Positions 36,413 through 46,441 of a DNA stretch of 64,000 bases are shown here, in pieces. The stretch comes from a bacterium (GTDB taxonomy: Bacteria; Bacillota_I; Bacilli_A; Izemoplasmatales; UBA1188): positions 6,874-70,873 of the forward strand of contig JAGCYY010000009.1 of the NCBI GenBank assembly GCA_017960565.1. The letters are read 5' to 3'. The translations under genes and the position numbers were made by a program. Numbering within the stretch: the first letter of the stretch is position 1; each line of letters starts with the position of its first letter. The notes beneath the pieces are model-generated. The model searched no databases. It had not been told where the DNA came from and worked only from the letters and a program-made list of their open reading frames with translations.

Positions 36413-37705
36413 TTATAAAATTATTTTCTTAATTATTTCTGTTTTTGTTAATTTTTTATTAGTAAATTTATATGCTTTATAAAGATTATCTATAATATTT
36501 TTATCCCATTTATCATTTTTATAAATATAAAGTAAAATATCATCTTTCTTAACATAATCACCTACTTGATAATTTAATAGAATTCCAACATCAGGATCAA
36601 TTGGGTCTTCTTTTTTCTCTCTACCAGCTCCTAGTAACATAGCGTTAATTCCTAAATCTAAAGCGTTTATTTCTTCTATATAACCATTTTCTTTTGATTT
36701 TAAAGGAATTATTTCTTTTATATTAATAAAACTTTCAAATGAAGAAATTTTAGATTTCTGATGTTTAATTAATTTTATAAATCTATTATAAGCATCTCCA
36801 TTTTTTAACTTTTCTAAAGCTAAAGATTTTGCATTATTTAGTGAATCTGAAAGATTAGAATAATAAATCATATAAGATGCAATAGTTACAACTAAATCTT
36901 CTAGATCTTTAGGGCCACCACCTTTTAAACAATTGATAGCTTCTAATACTTCTAATTTATTTCCAATAGCTTTACCAAGCGGTTTATTCATATCGCTAAT
37001 AAAAGCGATTACTTTTTTATTGTTTTTATGTGCAATATCAATCATTAAATTAGAAAGTTCAGTAGCTTCTTCTATTGTCTTCATAAAAGCTCCAGAACCA
37101 TATTTAACATCTAAGCAAATTATATCTGATCCACTTGCGAGTTTCTTGCTCATAATTGAAGATGCAATTAAAGGAAGTGAATTTACAGTAGAAGTTACAT
37201 CTCTTAAAGCATAAAGCTTTTTATCAGCTGGTACTAAATTTTTTGTTTGTCCAATAATTGCTATATTTATATCTTGGACTTGGTTTATAAAATCTTTTTC
37301 ACTCAGGTTTATTGTTAATCCAGGAATACTTTCGAGTTTATCTAATGTTCCTCCTGTATGCCCTAATCCTCTTCCAGAGAATTTTGCGAACTTACAACCG
37401 CATGCGGCAACTAAAGGACCTAGTACTAAAGAAACTTTATCACCAACTCCACCAGTTGAATGTTTATCTACCTTAATTCCTTTAATACTAGATAAATCAA
37501 TTGTATCTCCACTATAAAGCATTGCTTTCGTTAAATAATAAGTTTCATCTTTAGATAAACCATTGATGCAAACAGCCATAAGCCATGAAGAAACTTGATA
37601 ATCTTTAATATTATCTTTAACATATTCATCAATAAACCACTTAATTTCTTGTTCAGTTAATGGGATTTTATTTTTTGTTTTTTCGATAATATCAATTGCT
37701 CTCAT
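36413..37705 (-). CDS. pdp: pyrimidine-nucleoside (thymidine) phosphorylase
   Basis: 430 aa. DKHSTGGVGDK, GRGLGHTGGTLDKLESIPG and SIMSKKLA motifs. Confidence 0.9.
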   Translation of the reverse strand: MRAIDIIEKTKNKIPLTEQEIKWFIDEYVKDNIKDYQVSSWLMAVCINGLSKDETYYLTKAMLYSGDTIDLSSIKGIKVDKHSTGGVGDKVSLVLGPLVAACGCKFAKFSGRGLGHTGGTLDKLESIPGLTINLSEKDFINQVQDINIAIIGQTKNLVPADKKLYALRDVTSTVNSLPLIASSIMSKKLASGSDIICLDVKYGSGAFMKTIEEATELSNLMIDIAHKNNKKVIAFISDMNKPLGKAIGNKLEVLEAINCLKGGGPKDLEDLVVTIASYMIYYSNLSDSLNNAKSLALEKLKNGDAYNRFIKLIKHQKSKISSFESFINIKEIIPLKSKENGYIEEINALDLGINAMLLGAGREKKEDPIDPDVGILLNYQVGDYVKKDDILLYIYKNDKWDKNIIDNLYKAYKFTNKKLTKTEIIKKIIL

Positions 37706-37718
37706 TTTTTATACCCTA

Positions 37719-38180
37719 TTATTTTATTTTCTTATAAGTTCTAAAATGTAAAATGCCAGATACTTTTTCATCTACTAATTCAAAATTAGATAAATCTAAA
37801 TTCAAATATGTGTCTCCTTCATGATCATTATCAATATAAGTTATATAGAGAATATCACATAATCTATATGTTAATTCAATGATACTTTTGCCACCGATAA
37901 TATATAAATCTTCTTTGCTTTGTTTTATATAACCAAATATATCATGAGTTACTTCTACATCTTTAAAGGTGTAGTCAGTTAAAGTTGCGATAACACTTGT
38001 TCTATTTGGAAGTGGCTTATCATTTCTTAAAACTGATTTAAAAGTCTCTTCTCCCATTATTATAGTTTTGTTTAAAGTTTTTTCTTTAAAATATTTTAAA
38101 TCTTCACTATAATGCCAAGGAAGTTTGCCTTTATTACCAAAAAGATTATTTCTATCTATTGCAAATATTGCATATAACAT
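37719..38180 (-). CDS. folA: dihydrofolate reductase
   Basis: 153 aa. LPWHYSEDLKYFKEKT and IIGGKSI motifs. Its start is adjacent to the thyA stop (1-nt overlap). Confidence 0.85.
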   Translation of the reverse strand: MLYAIFAIDRNNLFGNKGKLPWHYSEDLKYFKEKTLNKTIIMGEETFKSVLRNDKPLPNRTSVIATLTDYTFKDVEVTHDIFGYIKQSKEDLYIIGGKSIIELTYRLCDILYITYIDNDHEGDTYLNLDLSNFELVDEKVSGILHFRTYKKIK

Positions 38181-39046
38181 TATACCGCAACCTCCCCTTT
38201 AATTCTTGGATGACATTTATAATCAACTAATTCAAAGTCATCATAAGTAAAATCTAAGATATTATCTGTATCTCTTTTAATAAGCATTTTAGGAAGAGGA
38301 TATGGTTCTCTTTCTAATTGTATTTTAACTTGGTCAATATGATTTGAATAGATATGAGCATCTCCAATTGTGTGAACAAATGTGCCAGGTTTTAATCCTG
38401 TCACTTTCGCAACCATCATAAGAAGCAATGAATAAGAAGCTATATTAAAAGGAATACCTAAAAATATATCACCACTTCTTTGATATAATTGCAAACATAA
38501 TTTTCCATCATTCACATAGAATTGATAAAGTGAATGGCATGGTGGAAGAGCCATAAATGGAATTTCTTTAGGGTTCCAACTTGAAACGATTAATCTTCTC
38601 GAATTTGGATTCTTTTTAATATCTTCAATGACATTCATAAATTGATCAACTCCATCAAAATTACGCCATTGTTTGCCATAGACAGGTCCAAGATTTCCCC
38701 ATTTTTTTGCAAATTCATGATCATTTTTAATTTTTTCAACGAATTCTTCCATCGATTCACCTTGATATTCATTTGATTCTTTATAAGATTTATAAGGCCA
38801 ATCATTCCAGATAGAAACTTTATTGTCTACTAGATATTTTATATTTGTATCTCCCTTTATAAACCATAATAATTCATGAATAATACTTTTAAGATGAACT
38901 TTTTTAGTTGTGACAAGCGGAAAACCTTCATCAAGATCAAATCTCATTTGATAACCAAAATAAGAAATAGTTCCTGTTCCTGTTCTATCGCCTTTATATG
39001 TTCCTTTTTCTAAAACTGTTTTTATAAGATCTAAATATTGTTTCAT
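38180..39046 (-). CDS. thyA: thymidylate synthase (ThyA type)
   Basis: DRTGTGT, LPPCH, LYQRSGD and GIPFNIASY motifs. Confidence 0.95.
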   Translation of the reverse strand: MKQYLDLIKTVLEKGTYKGDRTGTGTISYFGYQMRFDLDEGFPLVTTKKVHLKSIIHELLWFIKGDTNIKYLVDNKVSIWNDWPYKSYKESNEYQGESMEEFVEKIKNDHEFAKKWGNLGPVYGKQWRNFDGVDQFMNVIEDIKKNPNSRRLIVSSWNPKEIPFMALPPCHSLYQFYVNDGKLCLQLYQRSGDIFLGIPFNIASYSLLLMMVAKVTGLKPGTFVHTIGDAHIYSNHIDQVKIQLEREPYPLPKMLIKRDTDNILDFTYDDFELVDYKCHPRIKGEVAV

Positions 39047-39097
39047 AAATAAAAATCCTCTTTTTAGGTATTATACCATAAAAAGGGGATTTACTCA

Positions 39098-39469
39098 TTA
39101 TTCCTTTGAATCAATTTCAATATCATCTGATTCAATTTCATTTGTTTTGTTGTTTGTGGTTAGATATATGAGTCTTTCTGCGATTATTTCATTTGTGAAA
39201 ACTTGTTGACCTTCTTTGTTTGTATAATTATTATTCTCAAGTCTTCCTTTTACAATTACTAAGCTCCCTGTTTTACAATGTGAAAAGACATTTTCTGCCA
39301 GTCCTTTCCAAAGCGTTACATTAAAAAAATCTGTCAACTTATCGCCATTAGTAGCTCTAAAAGGTCTTTGAACAGCGATAGTAATTCTACACTGTTTGTT
39401 TCCGTTTTGAAATTCTTTAAACTCTGGGTTTTTTGTCAATCTCCCCGCAAATAGCACTTGATTAAACAT
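39098..39469 (-). CDS. ssb: single-stranded DNA-binding protein paralog (SsbB-like, no canonical acidic-PF tip)
   Basis: OB fold: NQVLFAGRLTKNPE ... FFNVTLWKGLAENV ... VIVKGRLENNNY. I prefer the ATG at 39469 (AAGGAGG 7 nt upstream) over the track start at 39490. The C-terminus ...DDIEIDSKE lacks D-D-(I/L)-P-F. Confidence 0.8.
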   Translation of the reverse strand: MFNQVLFAGRLTKNPEFKEFQNGNKQCRITIAVQRPFRATNGDKLTDFFNVTLWKGLAENVFSHCKTGSLVIVKGRLENNNYTNKEGQQVFTNEIIAERLIYLTTNNKTNEIESDDIEIDSKE

Positions 39470-39866
39470 AAAATTTACCTCCTTAGCCAAATATTATCAT
39501 AGATAAGAATGTATGCATAATCGTATATTTTAGAGTAATAATTGACAATATGATTATTTATATTTCTTTGAATCGTTCCTATTAATGATAATTTGATTTA
39601 TATGAGATATTTTTATAAAATATTATAAAATATTTATAGTTTTATATTTTGATACGTGTGCATAATTCTATATTTTTTAACAATGAATTTTATCTACATT
39701 TATTAAGAAATAAATATTTAAATTTATTCTTTGTTATAAATAACCAATTATTCAATATTATACTTTAGTTAAACATTTGTATAATATGTCAACACAATTA
39801 AAATAATATCAATAAAATTTTTTATATGAACAATTATAATGATTATTTCAACATTTAAAAATCAAC

Positions 39867-39895
39867 TTGAAAAATACTGTAAAATTAGTTATAAT
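39867..39895 (+). promoter_or_regulatory. sigma-A-type promoter of the hydrolase gene
   Basis: TTGAAA, 17-nt spacer, TATAAT. Confidence 0.5.
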
Positions 39896-39927
39896 ATTCA
39901 TATAAACAATATTTAGGAGTTTTTTTG

Positions 39928-40836
39928 ATGGAAAAAATAGTAAAGAAAACATCGAAAGGTAATGATGTAACTATTTATGTTTACAATTCAGTACCTAGTC
40001 CTAAAGCTGTTGTTCAAATTGTTCACGGAGCTAGTGAACATTTCACAAGATATGAAGACTTCATTAGCTTTCTAAATAAGAATAATTATATTTGCGTCGG
40101 AGGAGATATTCTCGGTCACGGTGAATCATCTCATGCAGATAAAAACTATATATATTTTGAAAAAAATGAAGCATATGAATCTGTAACAATGGTAAAGGAC
40201 TTCATTCAAGCCACTTATCCAGATTTGCCTTTATATCTATTAGGACATTCAATGGGATCATTTCTAGCTAGAAAACTATTAATTGATTTTCCAAAAGATT
40301 ATAAAAAAGGAATAATAAGTGGAACTACTACTATGCCTGTATTCTTGACTGGCACTGCAGTGTTCTTAGGTTCAGTCACAAGATTCTTTAGAGGAAAGAA
40401 AGGCATTTCGCCTCTTCTAAGCGAACTTGGGATGAATGGATTACCTAAGAAAATGAAAAAAGCTAATCTATTAACTGATGATGAGCTTTGGATTACGCAT
40501 AGAGAAGATATTCAAGACTACTATAGAACATCGCCTATATGCGGCGAAGATTTCACTGTAGCAGCTTATCAAGGCATGTTCTCGTGGATTAACTATGTCT
40601 CTAAGAAAAAGAACATAGAAAAAGGAAATAAAGAGACTCCAATACTATTTATCTCTGGTATGGAAGATCCTCTAAGTAATTTTGGTAAAGATATCAAGAC
40701 AACTGTCGATATGTATAAAACAAGTGGTTATACATATATTGAAGAATTTATTTATCCTAAAATGAGACATGAAGTTTTGAATGAAATAGACAATCAATTA
40801 GTTTATAATGATTGTATTAAATTTTTTGAAAGATAA
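39928..40836 (+). CDS. alpha/beta hydrolase (lysophospholipase / monoacylglycerol lipase family)
   Basis: HGASEH oxyanion region; nucleophile elbow GHSMGS; C-terminal His in MRHEV. ATG at 39928 lies 8 nt after the AGGAG RBS. Confidence 0.75.
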   Translation: MEKIVKKTSKGNDVTIYVYNSVPSPKAVVQIVHGASEHFTRYEDFISFLNKNNYICVGGDILGHGESSHADKNYIYFEKNEAYESVTMVKDFIQATYPDLPLYLLGHSMGSFLARKLLIDFPKDYKKGIISGTTTMPVFLTGTAVFLGSVTRFFRGKKGISPLLSELGMNGLPKKMKKANLLTDDELWITHREDIQDYYRTSPICGEDFTVAAYQGMFSWINYVSKKKNIEKGNKETPILFISGMEDPLSNFGKDIKTTVDMYKTSGYTYIEEFIYPKMRHEVLNEIDNQLVYNDCIKFFER

Positions 40837-40863
40837 TTTTTAATTTTATATATCAATTTAATA

Positions 40864-40894
40864 AAAAAATAAGCGACTTTTCAGTCGCCTTTTC
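40864..40894. terminator. bidirectional intrinsic terminator
   Basis: GCGACT-tttc-AGTCGC hairpin flanked by an A-run and a T-run, between convergent genes. Confidence 0.6.
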
Positions 40895-40910
40895 TCTATT
40901 AAGATAAAAA

Positions 40911-41624
40911 TTATAGTTCTAAAGTAGTTTCAAGTGCTAATTCCATCATTTTATTGAAGGAATTTTGCCTTTCAGCTGCAGTTGTTTCTTGATGGGTTAC
41001 TAATGAGTCGCTTATAGTTAAAATGCAAGCAGCGTTCTTTTTTAAGGCAAATGCATTAGAAAATAATGCAAATGATTCCATTTCTACGCAGATACAATCA
41101 TTCTTTATTACACCATCCATATAATTCGAACCTTTTTCATGATAAAAAACATCGGATGAATGTATACAACCAGTTTTTATATCGATATTTTTTTTAGCTG
41201 CAACTTTTTTAATTTTATCATTTAAAAACTCACTTGGTTTCATTACATCAGATTCATAAAGGTTAAAAACGTGTGCATAATTGGACTCACTATAAGCTTT
41301 ATCAGCTACTACTACATCATATATTTTTACATCGTTTTTGTATGAACCAGCTGAACCAATTCTAATAATATTGTCTACATCATAGAATTTATATAATTCA
41401 TATGAATATATGCCAATAGATGGCATTCCCATGCCTGATCCCATAATAGATACTTTTTTTCCTTTATATGTTCCAGTATAACCAAACATATTTCTTACAG
41501 TATTAAAACATACAACATTTTCTAGATAATTATCTGCGATATATTTAGCTCTTAATGGATCTCCAGGCATTAATACGGTTTTAGCTATATCTCCTAAATT
41601 TGCATTATTATGAGGTGTGCTCAT
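40911..41624 (-). CDS. deoD: purine nucleoside phosphorylase DeoD type
   Basis: 237 aa. TPHNNA, LMPGDPLRAKYIA, GMGMPS and CVEMESFALF motifs. Confidence 0.9.
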   Translation of the reverse strand: MSTPHNNANLGDIAKTVLMPGDPLRAKYIADNYLENVVCFNTVRNMFGYTGTYKGKKVSIMGSGMGMPSIGIYSYELYKFYDVDNIIRIGSAGSYKNDVKIYDVVVADKAYSESNYAHVFNLYESDVMKPSEFLNDKIKKVAAKKNIDIKTGCIHSSDVFYHEKGSNYMDGVIKNDCICVEMESFALFSNAFALKKNAACILTISDSLVTHQETTAAERQNSFNKMMELALETTLEL

Positions 41625-42271
41625 TCTTTTTCTCCTTTTACAATTTCTACTCCATGTGAAGTTCCAATTCTATTTGCACCAGCTTTAATCATTTCTATTG
41701 CATCATTATAGCTATTTATTCCACCAGCGGCTTTAATACTGATTATATCTTTTGAAATTTCTTTCATTATGCATACGTTTTTGACTTTAGCACCTTCTAT
41801 TCCAAAACCTGTAGAAGTCTTTACAAAATCAGCTTTTGCCTTTATTACTAGTTCTGTCGCAATCTTTATTTCTTCATCAGTTAAGTAACAAGTTTCAATA
41901 ATAACTTTTAATGTTTTATCTCCACAAGCTTCTTTTATATTTTTAATTTCATTTAATACATAATCATACTTTTTATCAAGTAATGCTGCGATATTGATTA
42001 CCATATCAATCTCATCAGCGCCTTTTTTAATGGCATCTAAAGTTTCATATATTTTAGTTTCTAAAGTGTTTTGTCCAAGAGGGAAACCTATAACTGTGCA
42101 AACTAAAGTGTCACTTCCCTTTAGAAGTTCTTTTGCAAGTTCAATATAATATGGATTAACACAAACGCTTTTAAAATTATATTCTTTTGCCTCAAGGCAA
42201 AGTTTTTTTATTACATCTTCTGTGCCAAATGCTTTAAGATATGTGTGATCGATATATTTATTGATTTTCAT
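41621..42271 (-). CDS. deoC: deoxyribose-phosphate aldolase
   Basis: 216 aa. IDHTYLK, DMVINI and FVKTSTGF (Schiff-base Lys) motifs. ATGA-type overlap with deoD. Confidence 0.9.
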   Translation of the reverse strand: MKINKYIDHTYLKAFGTEDVIKKLCLEAKEYNFKSVCVNPYYIELAKELLKGSDTLVCTVIGFPLGQNTLETKIYETLDAIKKGADEIDMVINIAALLDKKYDYVLNEIKNIKEACGDKTLKVIIETCYLTDEEIKIATELVIKAKADFVKTSTGFGIEGAKVKNVCIMKEISKDIISIKAAGGINSYNDAIEMIKAGANRIGTSHGVEIVKGEKE

Positions 42272-42287
42272 AAACTATATTCCTTTT

Positions 42288-42563
42288 TTATAATATTATA
42301 GATAGATATTCAATTCCATATAGAATTAGTGCATATAGAATGAGTCCTAATGTCGATCCTAGATCGAGACCACCCACAATTAATTTTCTTGAAAATATGT
42401 TCATAAATGGAGAAGTTATTCTCCTAAATACATCATAAACTTTAGTACTATATAATGCACTAAACCATGACATAATAAAGAATATTACAATTAGTAGATA
42501 ATATATTAAAGCTAAATAATATACTATTCTTATAATTTGCCCTAAAATCGTTAATGTTACCAT
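42288..42563 (-). CDS. YggT-family membrane protein
   Basis: 91 aa, 2 TM helices. MSWF ... ITSPFMNIFSRKL..GGLDLS-like pattern. Follows sepF as in dcw clusters. Confidence 0.7.
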   Translation of the reverse strand: MVTLTILGQIIRIVYYLALIYYLLIVIFFIMSWFSALYSTKVYDVFRRITSPFMNIFSRKLIVGGLDLGSTLGLILYALILYGIEYLSIIL

Positions 42564-42859
42564 TATCTTGAAAATTTATTTAAAAATTCTTTTATTTCAG
42601 GATCTTTAAAACTTTCTTTTAAGGCAAATATAAAAATATTTTTATTAGTCGCAACTGGTCTAACATAACCATCAGTTGCATAATTAACACCTGATAAGAA
42701 ATCTAATACTCTTTGTGATTGATCTTTGGGACAATTTGTAAAATCGAGACATAAAGTAGCCCCTTCTAGTAATTTATCTGCAAGTTTTAATGAATGTTCA
42801 TTATCTTCAACAGTAATAAATTCAATTTTTTCTCTAAATGATTCGTGTTTTAATGCCAT
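42563..42859 (-). CDS. sepF: SepF-like cell-division protein (short form)
   Basis: 98 aa. LKLADKLLEGATLCLDF ... QRVLDFLSGVNYATDG matches the SepF/DUF552 core. Adjacent to yggT. Confidence 0.65.
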   Translation of the reverse strand: MALKHESFREKIEFITVEDNEHSLKLADKLLEGATLCLDFTNCPKDQSQRVLDFLSGVNYATDGYVRPVATNKNIFIFALKESFKDPEIKEFLNKFSR

Positions 42860-42862
42860 ATT

Positions 42863-43468
42863 TTAATTCTCCTGTTTATATTTCATGTCTCTTAAAGAAT
42901 ATTCGCATCCACAGTAGTTTTGTCTGTATAAGCCAAATTCTTTAGAATTTTTAATTGAATTTTTATATCCTTCTTTTTTCTTAAAATCAGAATATATATA
43001 TTTAATATTATATTTCTTTTCTAATTCTTCGCCAATAGAATTTAATATTTCTGCATTTTTATATGGAGAAACCGATAAAGTTGTGGTGAAAAATTCAAAT
43101 TCAAGTTCCTTTGCGACTTTTACTGTTTTTTCGAGTCTATCTTTAAAACATATTTCGCATCTTTTATCTCCTTCTTTATAATTTTCATATCCTTTAGTCT
43201 TTTCCAAAAAATCATTGTGATTATAAGGGAGACTTATTATATTAAAATTATAATGTTGTTTAAGTTTATTAAATTCATTGAATCTTTTGTTGAATTCATC
43301 TTTTGGATAGATATTATCATTTGCATATATTAATGTAATATTAAAATATGGTGATAATTGATCAAATACTCCGCTTGTACAAGGCGCGCAACATACATGA
43401 AGCATAATATTAGGTTTATTATCTTTTTCGATATTTTCTAATAAGTTAAATGTATCAATTTTATTCAA
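42863..43468 (-). CDS. queH: epoxyqueuosine reductase QueH (DUF208)
   Basis: HVCCAPC, RCEICF, FTTTLSVSPYKN and YRQNYCGCEYS motifs. Confidence 0.85.
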   Translation of the reverse strand: MNKIDTFNLLENIEKDNKPNIMLHVCCAPCTSGVFDQLSPYFNITLIYANDNIYPKDEFNKRFNEFNKLKQHYNFNIISLPYNHNDFLEKTKGYENYKEGDKRCEICFKDRLEKTVKVAKELEFEFFTTTLSVSPYKNAEILNSIGEELEKKYNIKYIYSDFKKKEGYKNSIKNSKEFGLYRQNYCGCEYSLRDMKYKQEN

Positions 43469-44609
43469 TTATCTCACCTACCTTTAAACCGCTTAGGAAC
43501 GCAAAAGAAAGATTATATCCCCCACAAGGTGCATCGATATCTAAAATATCTCCAGAGAAATATAGTCCTTTATGAATTTTTGATTCTAAACCATTTAATT
43601 CAAAAGTATTTATGCCACCACAAGATACTTGTGCATGATCAAAGTCACCGAGTGAGCTAATATTAAATCTACAAGATTTTAAATCTTTGATTGGATTTTC
43701 ATTATTCTTAATAATATTCACAAGACTTGGATGAACTATACCTAATAAATAATCATATTTATTTTTAGAATTATTATATTCTTTCAATAATTTTTCATAA
43801 TTTAAATTATTGATGAAATCAATTATGATATATGGTTTATTATCTAAATTATTCTTATATAAATATGCAAGTTTACTAGAAATATTAAATGATACAATTC
43901 CAGATAATGCATCTTCTTTAAACAATAATTCACCAGATTCATTATATATTAATTTATCATCATTATAGAGATATAGTCTTGATTTGAATCTTAAACCATT
44001 TAATAAATTTGTGATATTTTTTTCTTGAACTTTAATATAAATATTAGATGGATAAATATCAGTGAATGTATGACCTAATTCTTTGATTTTATTAAATAAA
44101 GAACCATCAGATCCTAAAGTTTTATAATTCTTATTGCCGATAGAAACCAATATATTTTTAGCTTCATATGTTTTATCAAGATTTGTCTTAATAATAAAAT
44201 TATTGTATTTTTTGATATCGATAACTTTAATATCTAAAAGATATTCATCTTTATCTAAAGAATTTATTAGAATATTTTGAATTGATTTTGCACTATTAGA
44301 ATAAGGATAATATCTTCCTTCTTCATCTATATAATATTTAATATTATATTTATTAAAGAATGACAAGATAGTATCTAAAGGATTATTATTAAAAATAAAT
44401 TTAAAATTATCACCATTATTATAGATATTATAATCTAGACATTCATTAGTAAAATTGCATTTACCATTGCCACTCACAGATAATTTTCTAAGCAATGTCT
44501 TATTAGATTCAATAATTAAAAACTTTTTATTTGGATGCAATTCTTTATATCTTAATGCCGCAAAAACACCTGATGAACCACCACCAATAATAATTAAATC
44601 ATATATCAT
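43461..44609 (-). CDS. NAD(FAD)-utilising flavoprotein, HI0933/YhiN family
   Basis: N-terminal DLIIIGGGSSG. Length and C-terminal GGYNLSFAF pattern are typical of the family. Confidence 0.7.
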   Translation of the reverse strand: MIYDLIIIGGGSSGVFAALRYKELHPNKKFLIIESNKTLLRKLSVSGNGKCNFTNECLDYNIYNNGDNFKFIFNNNPLDTILSFFNKYNIKYYIDEEGRYYPYSNSAKSIQNILINSLDKDEYLLDIKVIDIKKYNNFIIKTNLDKTYEAKNILVSIGNKNYKTLGSDGSLFNKIKELGHTFTDIYPSNIYIKVQEKNITNLLNGLRFKSRLYLYNDDKLIYNESGELLFKEDALSGIVSFNISSKLAYLYKNNLDNKPYIIIDFINNLNYEKLLKEYNNSKNKYDYLLGIVHPSLVNIIKNNENPIKDLKSCRFNISSLGDFDHAQVSCGGINTFELNGLESKIHKGLYFSGDILDIDAPCGGYNLSFAFLSGLKVGEIIE

Positions 44610-45508
44610 TTTTTATTACCTCGTAGTTCATCTAATTCATCGCTAAAATATTTTGGAAGCGGATAACTGAATTCTTTATATTCATTAGTTATAGGATCAT
44701 TATATCCAATTATTCCAGCATGAAGATATTGTCCATTTATAGTCTTTGAAGTTTTTTTAGAATATATAGGATCACCAAAAACTGGATGTTTAATATATTT
44801 AAAATGAACTCTAATTTGATGAGTCCTACCAGTTTTTAAAACACATTCAACAAAAGTTTTGTCTTTAAATCTTTCGATGACATGAAATGTAGTGATTGAT
44901 TCTTTGCCAGATTCAATCACTGTATACATAAGTCTATTTTTAGGATCTCTTCCGATTGGTGCATTAATTATGCCATCATTTTCAAGAATAATACCTTCAA
45001 CTAAGGCATAATATACCCTTCTTACTTTTTTATCTTTTAATTGTTTAGATAAAGAATTATGAGCTAAATCATTTTTTGCAATAAGAAGTAAACCTGTAGT
45101 ATCTTTATCAATTCTATGAACTATTCCTGGTCTAATTACGCCATTAATACTAGATAAGTTATCTAATTCATATAGAAGACCGTTTACTAATGTTTTATCA
45201 TAATTTCCATTTGCAGGATGAACCACCATACCTTTTGGTTTATATACGACAGCGACATTTTCATCTTGATATACAATATTTAAATTTAGATTTTGTGGTG
45301 ATAAATCGATAGATTTGATTTCTAAATTATCATATTCTATAGAATCATTATTTTTAAGTTTATAATTTGCTTTAACAATTTTACCATTCACAAAAACAAG
45401 TTTAGAGTCAATCATTTTCTGAACTTGAGTTCTACTTATATCAAGTTTGTCTTTTAAATAAGAATCAATTCTTGATTCTATTTCTAAGTCATATATTATC
45501 TTATTCAT
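44606..45508 (-). CDS. rluD: 23S rRNA pseudouridine synthase, RluD/RluA family
   Basis: S4 domain N-terminus; catalytic HRIDKDTTGLLL; TGRTHQIRVH. Confidence 0.9.
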   Translation of the reverse strand: MNKIIYDLEIESRIDSYLKDKLDISRTQVQKMIDSKLVFVNGKIVKANYKLKNNDSIEYDNLEIKSIDLSPQNLNLNIVYQDENVAVVYKPKGMVVHPANGNYDKTLVNGLLYELDNLSSINGVIRPGIVHRIDKDTTGLLLIAKNDLAHNSLSKQLKDKKVRRVYYALVEGIILENDGIINAPIGRDPKNRLMYTVIESGKESITTFHVIERFKDKTFVECVLKTGRTHQIRVHFKYIKHPVFGDPIYSKKTSKTINGQYLHAGIIGYNDPITNEYKEFSYPLPKYFSDELDELRGNKK

Positions 45509-46052
45509 TTTTAATATCGATTACATCATCTTTATCTATTTCTTTTGCCTTTTTTCTCGCTTTAATTCTATCGATAATAAAGATATAAATTATAAACATT
45601 ACTGCACCGATAACTAAGAAAGTATCAGCGATATTAAAGATTGGAAAATCATATTTTTCAAAATGAAAACCATCTTTAAAAGATGGATAATAAAGAATGA
45701 AACTTAAAAAATCTATTACAGAATGTTCAGCCCTTATAACTCTATCAAAGAAATTTCCAAGAGTTCCGCCCATCATAAAACCGATGGTAAAAATAGCCCA
45801 TTTATCTTCTTTCCATTTAAATTTCCAGGAAAAGAAAATAAATAAACCTAAGGCGATTATTGTGATAATAATCAATACCCAAAGTTTAGCTTCCATTCCC
45901 CAAGCAATACCATCATTTCTTAAATGTGTTATATAAAAGAAATTGTTTATAACTTTGATAGAATGACCTTCAAGTAAGTTATTGATTATTATTATTTTAG
46001 ATACTTGGTCTAAACCAAAAACTATGAGTGCAATTAATAAAACGATAACCAT
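45501..46052 (-). CDS. lspA: lipoprotein signal peptidase II
   Basis: 4 TM helices. NDGIAWG, GGTLGNFFDR and FNIAD motifs. Confidence 0.9.
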   Translation of the reverse strand: MVIVLLIALIVFGLDQVSKIIIINNLLEGHSIKVINNFFYITHLRNDGIAWGMEAKLWVLIIITIIALGLFIFFSWKFKWKEDKWAIFTIGFMMGGTLGNFFDRVIRAEHSVIDFLSFILYYPSFKDGFHFEKYDFPIFNIADTFLVIGAVMFIIYIFIIDRIKARKKAKEIDKDDVIDIKNE

Positions 46053-46063
46053 AAAATTAACCT

Positions 46064-46441
46064 CTATAATACAATCATTTTAATGACTGTAAAAGCAAGA
46101 ACTATAGAAACTACTAAAACAAATATTAAAAGAATTATGGCTTCAAATATAAGAATAAAACGATAATCAATATCAGAAATATTGTTATAATTTTTTAATA
46201 TTTGATTTTTAAATAAAATAAATAAGAAAAATATAATATAGAATGATATAGAAGCTATCACTAACATGAGATATGGTCTCATCAAAAATATACTAAATAA
46301 TTGAACTAATATTAGGATAATTGGAATTGCGATTATTAGTACAGCAATTAAAGAACCGATATATGATAAAGTTATTTCTTTATTAGAATATTTCTCTTCA
46401 ATAGCTGACATTTGAGTATGATATTTTTTAAATATATTCAT
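46064..46441 (-). CDS. hypothetical integral membrane protein
   Basis: 125 aa, three hydrophobic helices. 4-nt overlap with the upstream gene. No family recognised. Confidence 0.5.
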   Translation of the reverse strand: MNIFKKYHTQMSAIEEKYSNKEITLSYIGSLIAVLIIAIPIILILVQLFSIFLMRPYLMLVIASISFYIIFFLFILFKNQILKNYNNISDIDYRFILIFEAIILLIFVLVVSIVLAFTVIKMIVL

